A DNA stretch of 64,000 bases. Source: Octopus sinensis. Taxonomy: Eukaryota. The position numbers were made by a program, and so were the translations under genes. Of the stretch, positions 1 to 9,444 are shown in pieces. The notes under the pieces are model-generated. The model was not told the DNA's origin. It did not search any database and was given only the letters and a program-made list of their open reading frames with translations. How positions within the stretch are numbered: position 1 is the first letter of the stretch; every line of letters starts with the position of its first letter. The DNA lies in assembly GCF_006345805.1 (NCBI RefSeq), contig NC_043004.1:97712001-97776000 (forward strand). The letters run 5' to 3'.

Positions 1-494
1 ATATCCTTAATTTCCAAGTTTACCTTCCTCAGGGTACTCCAATTGGTTTTTCTATAATTTTTCTTGATCTCTTTACCGAGTAAATCTAGGTACTGCTTAA
101 TGGGCATCTTGTATGTGTTCCTGGTCTTGTCGGACTGGACCAGGACTCCGTCCGTTCTATTAATGTCCTTGGTAATTTTATCTAGGTATCTGAGGTGGGC
201 ATTTCTCCTGGGTGACTTCCTGAACTTAATCTTTCTAACTACGTCCCACAAGTCGTCCTCAAACTTCTTCAGTCTTGGGTTCGGTGGCGGCGTATCCAAT
301 GTTTTAAAAAGCCGGCCGTATTCGGACGATGCAGCTGTCCGGTTCGATTTTAGATCTTCGTTCTCGTGGAAGAAAATGAGCCATCTTATCCGGTTTATGA
401 ATGCGTTGGTTTTACAAACCAACTCCTTAAGGAAGGCATCCTTTGGTGGTATAGGAATATCCTTAAGGGACGCATCAATCTCGAACAACTCCAT
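1..494 (-). CDS. 5' part of a Penelope-like element ORF (N-terminal region preceding the RT); runs off the window edge
   Basis: Manual translation from ATG at 494 is open to base 1: MELFEIDASLKDIPIPPKDAFLKELVCKTNAFINRIRWLIFF...KKFEDDLWDVVRKIKF...GVLVQSDKTRNTYKMPIKQYLDLLGKEIKKNYRK. This matches the SLKxIPIP / RxRW / FExDL / VxxDKTxNxY pattern of PLE ORFs. It is missing from the ORF track, presumably because it has no stop in the window. Confidence 0.85.
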   Translation of the reverse strand, partial: MELFEIDASLKDIPIPPKDAFLKELVCKTNAFINRIRWLIFFHENEDLKSNRTAASSEYGRLFKTLDTPPPNPRLKKFEDDLWDVVRKIKFRKSPRRNAHLRYLDKITKDINRTDGVLVQSDKTRNTYKMPIKQYLDLLGKEIKKNYRKTNWSTLRKVNLEIKD

Positions 495-540
495 TATTGG
501 CGTCGGTTAAAGTAGCAGTTTCTTGACGAAGCGGTATGTA

Positions 541-1384
541 TTATGTGAAATAGAAAGATGAATAATCTTGTAGTAGATTAATCAAAAGTTGTTCTTTCAC
601 AGCGGGGGGTTGCCTTGTCAAGGGAGGCTTAGATGAACACACACACACACACATAAAACATAAAAAATATATATATATAATTTCTTTATTTTTTTCTTTC
701 TGCCACCCAACGGTTATCACGGCAGTAGCCACTGACAGCCGAACGATCAAACGCACACACGTACACAAAAAATGTTTTCTACCCCTACGCCAACACACAC
801 ATATATAGAACAGTATACACACACACACGTCTCTAAGTAGATTTTTTCTCGCCCCTTATAAAACATCCAATATTCTTTAAATAGTCAGAACTTTATTCTC
901 GGTCACAAAGAACATCTATACACCCTCACCCACATGTTTGACCGATGCCTGACCTGTTGAATTCTTCAGCCACCGGTTCTCAACATACACTGATAAACAG
1001 TTTCGCCATGGGCTCTTAGGAGCACAGTTCGATTGTTTTTTGCTCTGCCTCTGTTCTGTTTTTGTTTTTCCAACGGATTTCCTTTTTTCTTCCTGAAGAG
1101 AAAGACACAATATGGTCCCATTATTCAATCGGATTTGGTAATTTGTGCCTTTCGAAACACGTGTAGAATGAAATAAAACGATTTCTGTTCAATCTGCGTT
1201 CAGCTCCATTTCTTCAATTCACCAATAATGTTTTAATTTCAACTATCCGCACCAACGCACGGTTGCAACGCCAGATGGTTGTACCTCCAACCGTGCTGTC
1301 ACTGCTGTGATTTTTGCTACTAAGGTATCGGTTAAACTTTTGATTAATCTACTACAAGATTATTCATCTTTCTATTTCACATAA
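541..1384. repeat. 844-bp segment bounded by a perfect 50-bp inverted repeat (541-590 / 1335-1384)
   Basis: TTATGTGAAATAGAAAGATGAATAATCTTGTAGTAGATTAATCAAAAGTT at 541-590 is the exact reverse complement of 1335-1384. Confidence 0.95.
1087..1171 (+). ncRNA. Type-I hammerhead ribozyme candidate, canonical core, long stem II
   Basis: TTC-CTGAAGA(1093-1099)-GAAAGACACAA...TTGTGCCTTTC-GAAAC(1154-1158)-ACGT-GTA-GAA. G10.1-C11.1 closing pair, 10 of the first 11 stem II pairs form, stem III is the palindrome ACACGTGT, GUA triplet, AATAAA just downstream. Confidence 0.75.
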
Positions 1385-1408
1385 ATTATATATATATGTA
1401 TATATATT

Positions 1409-2470
1409 AGACAAAATGAGACAACAAAGCCAAGGCAGTGAGGAGTTTTCAGGACATTTATAAGGGAAAAGATATAGATGTAGTCTTACTGCTGTTTCTG
1501 GGATATTATGGATATCCCTTCGTCAGAGATGATGTGAGATGGTTAAATAGAGGAGTTAAAAAATTGAAGACTAAAAATTAAAATGGAGACAAAGGAAAGT
1601 TAAGTAGAGTTGTTGGGGATTACCTAAGGAGTGTTGTGGTATATGCTGTGTAGTTATTTAGGTTGCATTTAAATTTGTGGTTAAATTTGAAGGTATGAAA
1701 AATGCAGTGGTTGCATGTACTTAGGGCCTCATTATATTTATTTAGTAGAGTCAAGGAGTTGTGTTTTAATATGTGGAGTGCTTCTTTTAGGCATAACTTG
1801 CAGGCTAAGCATTGACCTTGGTATGGAAGCCTTGAATCCATTATGGACCATGACAAAATGTAGGGAATATTTCTATTTTCGAGATGATGTATGTGACTGG
1901 CAAGTGTTGTGGATTTACTGTATTTCTCGTATCTAAAAGAATTGAGATGAGTAGCATATGGCTGTTTAAAATTTATGGTTGAACCTATATATATATATAT
2001 ATAGCTGTACAATTGTGTAATGTGTCAAGGACAGTGCATTTGTATATTACATTAGATCTTCTAGAAAAGGTTTGTAGACAGCAGATAGACCTAAGATGGC
2101 AGTTACAAATGGATGTATTTTGGGAATTATTTTCAGGAGTGGAGGAGGTAATACTGTCAGAGGAGAGGTTACAGATGGGGGTAGAAAAGTCTAAGTTATG
2201 AGTATTATTATTACTTATATCATTATTATTGCTATCTTTGTTGTTAATTATTCTACCTGTAACGGTGGTAGAAGTTGTGGCAGTATTCTGGATAGTGTTA
2301 ATAGGATAGATTGGGTTATGGTTGTGGTCTAACATATGGGGTTCAATGCTGGAGCTGTGTATATGTTGGGCGCTTGTGTATTCAGAGTCATTATAGTGTG
2401 AGTTTTGATAATAGAGAGAAAGATTTTTTTTTATTAGAGGCTGCTATGATAGACTCAAAGTTGAGGATAA
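1409..2470 (-). mobile_element. 5'-truncated, decayed Penelope-like element: post-RT linker, GIY-YIG endonuclease and 3' pLTR
   Basis: NFESIIAASNKK...ICNCHLRSICC...SNVIYKCTV (ORF 1985-2335) continues after a frameshift as YIGSTINFKQPYATHLNSF...LSWSI...CKLCLKEALHIL...LLNKYNEALSTCNH (ORF 1620-2012). This is the typical PLE GIY-YIG C-terminus. It is followed by an HHR and ends at (TA)n. Confidence 0.85.
1482..1530 (-). ncRNA. Hammerhead ribozyme motif in PLE pLTR
   Basis: Minus strand reads ATCT-CTGACGA-A-GGGATAT-CCATA-ATATCCC-A-GAAAC-AGCA-GTA-AGAC: 7-bp stem II, A.A at 10.1/11.1, GUA triplet. Confidence 0.7.
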
Positions 2471-2483
2471 AGATATAGATATA

Positions 2484-2531
2484 GTTTTACAGCTGTTTCT
2501 GTGATATTAAGGATATTCCTTCATCAAAGAC
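2484..2531 (-). ncRNA. Second, more decayed copy of the same pLTR hammerhead
   Basis: GTCT-TTGATGA-A-GGAATATCCTTAATATCAC-A-GAAAC-AGCT-GTA-AAAC. About 90 bp (2463-2554) is homologous to 1462-1552; stem III is the palindrome ACAGCTGT. Confidence 0.55.
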
Positions 2532-2734
2532 AATGTGCGATAGTTAAATAGAGGTAAATATTTGAGTTCGAAATAAGGAATTGTTATGGAAAAAGAGGAG
2601 ATAGGGAATGTAGAGAGAAATAAGAGAATGAAAGTAGAAATAAAGATACAAAATATATAAAGGTGTTGTAGTTGAAGCTCCCTTATTCGAGGAAAGTGGT
2701 GTATAAAAGTGGTAAAAAGCTTCCTGTACATGGT

Positions 2735-2955
2735 TGGCAGAAATGTTAGCACGCCGGGCGAAATGCTTCGCGGTATTTCGTCTGAAGCTACGTTGTGAGT
2801 TCGAATTCCGCCGAGGTCGACGTTGCCTTTCATCCTTTCGGGGTCGATAAATTAAGTACCAGTTACGCACTGGGGTCGATGTAATCGACTTAATACCTAT
2901 GTCTGTCCTTGTTTGTCCCCTCTGTGTTTAGCCCCTTGTGGGTAATAAAGAAATA
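2735..2955 (+). mobile_element. SINE family A (tRNA-like head), long-tail variant
   Basis: TGGCAGAAATGTTAGCACGCCGGGCGAAATGC...GAGTTCGAATTCC (B-box-like)...CCTTTCATCCTTTCGGGGTCGATAAATTAAGTACCAG...AATAAAGAAATA. More than 15 related copies occur in the window. Confidence 0.85.
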
Positions 2956-3252
2956 GGTATGTAAGTTCAAATAGTAGTTCATGTTTAGTAATTTCAAAGT
3001 ATGGAGCCGTGGATTTTGTGTTGCTCATTTGACATGTATTGATAGTATAAGTGGATGTGTGTGCGTGTGTGTGTGTGTGTGTAATTAATTTCACATTAGT
3101 ATTAAACATTTAATTTTGGGGTCAATTTCTTAATATGCATGCGTATACTTACAGCAATCTCTCTCACTATACATACATACATACATATACACTTATATAT
3201 TATATACACATAATATATGTGTACATCTGAGTGTGAGAAAATATATATGTGC

Positions 3253-3288
<36 letters not shown>

Positions 3289-3328
3289 ATATGTATATAT
3301 GTATATATATATGTATATATGTATATAT

Positions 3329-3677
3329 CATCATCATCATCATCATCATTTAGCGTTCGCTTTCCATGCTAGCATGGGTTGGACGGGTCAACTGGGGTCT
3401 GTGAAGCTGGAAGGCTTCGTCAGGCCCAGTCAGATCTGGCAGTGTTTCTACGGCTGGATGCCCTTCCTAACGCCAACCACTCCGTGAGTGTAGTGGGTGT
3501 TTTTTACGTGCCACCTGCACAGGTGCCAGACAGAGCTGGCGAACGGCCACGAACGGATGGTGCTTTTACGTGTCACCGGCACGGGGCCAGGCGATGCTGG
3601 CAACGGACACGAATGGATGGTGCTTTTACGTGCCACCGACACGGGGCCAGACAGAGCTGGCAACCGGCCACGAACGT
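3329..3677 (-). mobile_element. Family C repeat: RTE-3'-end-derived element with (GAT)n tail and about 3 internal ~50-bp subrepeats
   Basis: (CAT)n-TTTAGCGTTCGCTTTCCATGCTAGCATGGGTTGGACGG...GGATGCCCTTCCTAACGCCAACCAC. The same sequence forms the 3' end of the RTE fragment at 45311-47882. Confidence 0.85.
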
Positions 3678-3712
3678 AAATGTATATATATATATACATA
3701 TATGTATATATG

Positions 3713-3743
<31 letters not shown>

Positions 3744-3750
3744 ATATATA

Positions 3751-3795
<45 letters not shown>

Positions 3796-4335
3796 GTATG
3801 TATATATGTGTGTGTGTGTGTGTGCATGTGTTTATATATAGAGAGAAAGAAGGAGAAACAGAGAGGGAACTTATGAAATGCTAGTCTTCTTCAGAACACA
3901 GCAAAATATTTGCATAATGGTTGACTGCAAACTGATGAAGCAAAAATCAAACAAGTTTGGCAGATAATAGCTGTCAAAGTCAGCGATATCATGCAAAGAT
4001 GCTGGCAGAATCTGCAAGAGGATTGGGTGATAGGTTATATATAAGAGCAAGTTAATTTTTGAAGTTAGAAACTAGGCTAAACCATACTTAATGTACATAT
4101 GATAACTCCACTCAATCCATGCTGTAAATCTGTGAGTAGTATGAAACGCTTTAGCATAAGACCTCTCTTAATCCTCTCCAGAATACTACGCATACATAGA
4201 TGCACACATACATCTATACATATATACATATATGTATGTATATCTGTATGCATGTACCTCTATATGCATGTATATTTGTGATGTCAGCAACCTCTTTATT
4301 TTGCATTGCTAAATTAATAATTGTCATTAGTTCAA

Positions 4336-4366
<31 letters not shown>

Positions 4367-5083
4367 GTTTAACGTCCGTTTTCCGTGCTAGCATGGGTTG
4401 GACGGTTCAACCGGGGTCTGGGAAGCCAGGGGCTGCACCAGGCTCCAGTCTGATCTGGCAGAGTTTCTACAGCTGGATGCCCTTCCTAACGCCAACCACT
4501 CCACGAGTGTAGTGGGTGCTTTTTACGTGCCACCTGCACAGGTGCCAGGGGCGTCCGGCATCGGCCACGATTGGTTGGATCAGTAACTGATAAAGTAAAG
4601 TCAACGAAAGATCTCAGTGTTTCATGAGATAAAATGTTTCTTTCGTGTGATGCATGTTTGATATTTTATTTGAGGTTCATTCTTTGTGTTTGTTCAACCC
4701 TTCAGCAGTGGGGGCCATTGCCGGTATCAAGTAAATGGCACCCATGAAATCGTAATCATAGCCGTTGCCAGTAGCATGATCTTTGAATGTTGGGCCTCAT
4801 GGGGATGATGACAAGTGACAGAGACCTTTGCTGATGTGCTGTGCTTGAGGAGATTTGTCAAGCCAAGTGAAACCGTAATCGTGGCTGTTGTTGCTGGTAT
4901 CATGTAAATGGCTCCTGTGAAATCGTGGCACATAAAAAGCACCAATAACAACCTTGGAAGGGTATCCAGCAATAGAAACCATGTCAAATCAGACTGGAAC
5001 CTGGTGCACTTCTCTGGCTTACCAGTTCCGGTCAAACCATCTAACTCATGCCAGCATGGAAAGTAGATGGTAAATGGTGATGG

Positions 5084-5117
<34 letters not shown>
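4336..5117. mobile_element. Two family C copies in opposite orientation (4336-4580 minus; ~4700-5117 plus)
   Basis: Both carry the GGATGCCCTTCCTAACGCCAACC-type core; one starts with (CAT)n and the other ends in (GAT)n. Confidence 0.75.
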
Positions 5118-5118
<1 letters not shown>

Positions 5119-5139
5119 CTGTTAAATATTAATGCTTGT

Positions 5140-5310
5140 TTATTACAGCACTACACAATGAGAGACTACACAATCAGTTTCATGTAGCCACAACTGAAGT
5201 TGCTGGAAAACATAAGTGGGACTGGTTGAAGAAAGGAACACTGGAAAATGAGACTGAGAGTACTCTACTTGCAGAGCAAGACCAAACTTTGGCCACAAAT
5301 CAATCATGCA
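5140..5310 (+). mobile_element. R4/Dong-like non-LTR retrotransposon fragment (post-RT region)
   Basis: LHNQFHVATTEVAGKHKWDWLKKGTLENETESTLLAEQDQTLATN matches the LHGQ...WxWLxxGxLxxETE...AAQxQxLxTN pattern of this group. Confidence 0.75.
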
Positions 5311-5550
5311 TTATCTCATTGCTTCAAGGTGTTGATGATGTGATTGTTTATTTTAAGAATGGCATTGTAGCATAGGTGTGAGAGGCTCGATCTGGCCAGT
5401 TTTAACAGGAAACAGGGAGAACATTTAGGCTGGATTACGACTAATGTGAATGCAAAATGGTTAGCTCTCATAAAATCATAGCACCAACCCCTTGTTTATT
5501 TGTAGTGCACTCTCAGTGACTAAATATCTTATTTTGATTAACTATAGGCA

Positions 5551-5709
5551 CAGGAGTAGCTGTGTGGTAAGTAGCTTGCTTACCAACCACATGGTTCCAG
5601 GTTCATTCCCACTGTGTGGCACCTTGGGCAAGTGTCTTCTACTATAGCCTTGGGCTGACCAAACCCTTGTGAGTGAATTTGGTAGATGGAAATTGAAAGA
5701 ATCCCGTCG

Positions 5710-5741
<32 letters not shown>

Positions 5742-6005
5742 GTGTGTGTGTGTGTGTGTGTATGTGTGTGTATATGTTTGTGTATATGTTTGTGTGTCTG
5801 TGTTTGTCCCCCAACGTTGCTTGACAACTGATGGTGGTGTGTTTACATCCCCGTAACTAAGTGGTTCAGCAAAAGAGACTGATAGAATAAGTACTAGGCT
5901 TCCAGAGAATAAGTCCTGGGGGCGATTTGCTCGACTAAAGGCAGTGCTCTAGCATGGCCACAGTCAAATGACTGAAAAAAATAAAAAGAGAGAAATAAAA
6001 AAATG
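5551..6005 (+). mobile_element. SINE family B (tRNA-like head, CORE-like segment, internal (TA)/(TG) tract, AAAGAG-type tail)
   Basis: CAGGAGTAGCTGTGTGGTAAGTAGCTTGC...GGTTCATTCCCACTG...ACCTTGGGCAAGTGTCTTC...GCATGGCCACAGTCAAATGACTGAA. About 17 full or partial copies occur in the window. Confidence 0.85.
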
Positions 6006-6371
6006 AAACTAAAATTGTACAGCTTAGATTATATTGTGGCTCACAGGAATGTCACATTTGATTACTAGGTAAGCTGGGGACCCCTTAACACATAACACAT
6101 AACCCTTTAGTAAATCTATATTAATACTTCAGAATTTTCAACAATGAGTTATTCATAAATTTTCTTAAACACAAGTATGATTGGTAAAACAAAGTAGGCA
6201 ATAGGTTTTTTATTTTGCTTTCCAATATTCAATTTTAAAACGCCATATATTTTGTTTTTAATTTCTTGTAAGATACCATGTGAAGTGCATCAATAATTTT
6301 CATTTGATCTTCAGTGCATCATAAAATCAAAAACGGTGTAAACTTTTTACTGTTTTTCTTGATGTTGTTGA

Positions 6372-6476
6372 TTCCATCATCATCATCGTCATCGTCATCA
6401 TCATCATCATCATCTTCATCTTCATCATCATCGTCGTCGTCGTCATCATTTTTTTATTATCATCATCATCTTTATC

Positions 6477-6509
<33 letters not shown>

Positions 6510-6698
6510 TTCATCATCATCATCATCATCTTCATCATCATCATCGTCGTCGTCGTCATCATTTTTTTATATCATCATCATCTTTATCTTCATCATCATA
6601 ATCATCATCGTCATCATCATCTTCATCATCATCATCATCTTCATCATCATCATCGTCGTCGTCGTCATCATTTTTTTATTATCATCATCATCTTTATC

Positions 6699-6730
<32 letters not shown>

Positions 6731-6944
6731 AATCATCATCGTCATCATCATCTTCATCATCATCATCATCATCTTCATCATCATCATCATCATCATCATC
6801 ATAATCATCATCGTCATCATCATCTTCATCATCATCATCATCATCTTCATCATCATCATCGTCGTCGTTGTCATCATTTTTTATTATCATCATCGTCTTC
6901 ATCATCATCATCATCATTATCATCATCATAATCATCATCGTCAT

Positions 6945-6976
<32 letters not shown>

Positions 6977-7062
6977 TTAGCATCATCGTCGTCGTCTTCA
7001 TCATCATCATCATCATCGTTGTCGTCATCATCATCATCGGCATCATCTTCATCATCATCATA
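6372..7062. repeat. Compound (CAT/CGT/CTT)n trinucleotide array with ~110-bp higher-order units
   Basis: The marker TTTATCTTCA recurs at 6471, 6583 and 6693, each time preceded by (CGT)n-CATCATTTTTTT. Confidence 0.9.
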
Positions 7063-7185
7063 GTAGTTTGTTTTTGTGACGAACAACATGTCAGTTTGAA
7101 ATCTCAAATAAGTGTATACAAATCTTTTGTATTTTGAACAAACTCTTGAATGGAGAGAAAGAAGCCTGGACTCCCTACTACAGAC

Positions 7186-7415
7186 ATATAAATAATAATA
7201 GTAATGGTTTCAAATTTTGGCACAATGGCAGTAATTTCGGGGGAGGGGGCTAAGCCGATTACATCGACCCCAGTGTTCAACTGGTACTTATTTTACCAAC
7301 CTGAAAGGATGAAAGGCAAATTTGACTTTAGCAGAATTTAAACTCCAATCATGAAGATTTGTGAAATGCCATTAAGCATTTTGTCCTGCATGTTAACAGT
7401 TGCATCAGTTTGCTG
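7186..7415 (-). mobile_element. SINE family A, short-tail variant (diverged)
   Basis: Reverse complement of the family A body (GATTACATCGACCCCAGTG...CTGGTACTTATTTT...GAAAGGATGAAAGGCAAA). Confidence 0.75.
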
Positions 7416-7479
7416 TCTTAATAATGATAATAATAAGAGGAAAAATGTAAATACAAAACAAGAAGTGAGAAAAGGACCT

Positions 7480-7990
7480 GAAGAAGCACTACACAATGAG
7501 AGACTACACAATCAGTTTCATATAGCCACAGCTGAAGTTGCTGGAAAACATAAGTGTTTTTTGTGGCCAAGCTTTGGCCATAAATTAGTGGGTCAGCTTT
7601 TGGGATGAGCATGTGTCTCCACTGTGCTGCATTTGTGATTGGGTGGATGAAACCATTGTCCATATCATGAATGAGTGTCCTAGATTTGACCCCAACCACT
7701 GAAAGTTGAGCAACACAATGTGGTAGCAAAAGTGATACATTGGAAACTATGGGAAAAGTGGGGTCTAGAGGAAGGCAAGATGTGTTATGAGTACAAACCA
7801 AATAGAGAGGTGGAGTCACAAACCTGCAAAATCCTGTGGGATTTTCTAATACAAATAGATCAGGTGCTAGAGCACAAGCTGGACCTAGAGGTGTTGGACA
7901 AGGGGAACTATATGTGTTGTATAACTGGTTTTGCTTGCCCTTTGACCCTTGAATAATCTAGAAAGACGGTGATAAAATAGTCATATACAA
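7480..7990 (+). mobile_element. R4/Dong-like LINE fragment: zinc knuckle and restriction-like endonuclease; may extend to an (AAT)n tail at ~8275
   Basis: LCCICDWVDETIVHIMNEC then VAKVIHWKLWEKWG...KILWDFLIQIDQVLEHKLDLEVLDKGNYMCCITGFACP; frameshifted. It shares ~70 bp with 5140-5215. Confidence 0.8.
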
Positions 7991-8261
7991 TCCTCTTAAC
8001 TATGGTTGACAATATATGCATCTCTGACCATGAATAGAAATAGTGGAGAAGTGTCATAGAGGTTTGAATAATTCACCCCTGGAAACAGGGATGTTTTATT
8101 CATCATCCTTAAACAAACCGTATTCAGGGACCTTTTGAGCTGAATGGGCTACTCGACGTGAAGAAAATTCTAACTGGGCCCCCACATGCAAGGTCATGTA
8201 CTGTCATATATTTGTACCCCAGTGTCAACTTGATGGCATGCATTGCTTTCTCACTCAATAA

Positions 8262-8480
8262 TAATAATAATATTGATTTCAAATTTTGGCACAAGGCCAG
8301 GACGTTCAGGTGATGGGGTAAATTGATTGAATGAAACCCTGACCTCAAATGGTGCTTAATTTTATTGACCATGAAAGATTAAAAGGCAAAGCTGACCTGA
8401 GCAGTGTTTGAACACAGAACATAAAGACAAACAAAATGCCGCTCAACTTTTTACCTGGCATGCTAACGGATCATCCTGCT
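8262..8480 (-). mobile_element. SINE family A (diverged)
   Basis: Reverse-complement similarity to the family A body and short tail. Confidence 0.65.
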
Positions 8481-9444
8481 AATAACAACAACAACAGACA
8501 ACAAAATGTATCCTCTTCTATGAAAATGTGTAGTCTTCTACTTATACTTAATAATCAATATTATTATCTCAGTTGAAAAACAAACATTATGATTGCAATA
8601 ATTAACTATCAGATCAAGAAGACATCCCCAGGTTTTAGCAAAAGAATGTTGTAACGCTTCAATGCACTGTGAATAAACAAACAGATCTGGCGAGTTAGAG
8701 TTTGTTTGTAGAAATTCACTTCAACTAAATGAATCATCAATCAAAATTGCATCGAAAATTCTTGTAGAATTTACAACCGTAGATCATGTGAACAAAATGA
8801 TCAAAGATTTATCCGGTCTATTTGAAATATATCTTGGGGCAACTTGTTAAAATTCACATGCATCCACATATACCATAAAATATAAATATATTCTCTGCTC
8901 CTCTCTGTTTCCCTCTGTCTGATTGTCACTCTCTTCCTCTGTCTGTCTGTCTCTCTCAATGTCTACATGTCATGCTCTCTCACCTTCTTTCTCTCTCTCC
9001 CTCTCTTTTATTTATCATATGTTCTCTTTGTCTTGTATTCACACACATTCAATCAACTGCATGCGTTCAAAGATATTCATTGGAATAAACAGGAAAATCT
9101 CTTCTTTTCAGGTTTGGCTGCATTGTCACAATAATAAAAAGCATATAACCTGATCCATTGATCATGATATAATATGCTGTTATAGAACTGGAAAAAAAGA
9201 AAAAATATATATATATAGATAGATAGATATATACTTATATTATATAGGCTAACAGATATTGGCTACATAATCTTTTTATAATATTAGGGCATTAAGTATA
9301 GTTTGCTGTGGTCAGTGATTTGTTGTTTGAGCAGATATGACAGATTGTTATAAGCATTTTCATTCCATTGCATATAAGGGCTTCTCTGGTCAAAAATAAA
9401 TGGTCTATCATCATCATCATCATCCTCATTATTATTGAAGCAGC

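Noticed and set aside
64-510. 148-aa plus-strand ORF
   Set aside because: It is the antisense shadow of the PLE ORF on the minus strand.
985-1025. GCC-CAT-GGC-GAAAC stem on the minus strand
   Set aside because: The core reads CCTAAGA and no valid cleavage triplet follows.
880-1130. Minus-strand ORF 916-1128, or transposase relic inside the 50-bp inverted repeat
   Set aside because: No recognisable domain, other frames have stops, and the plus-strand hammerhead better explains the segment.
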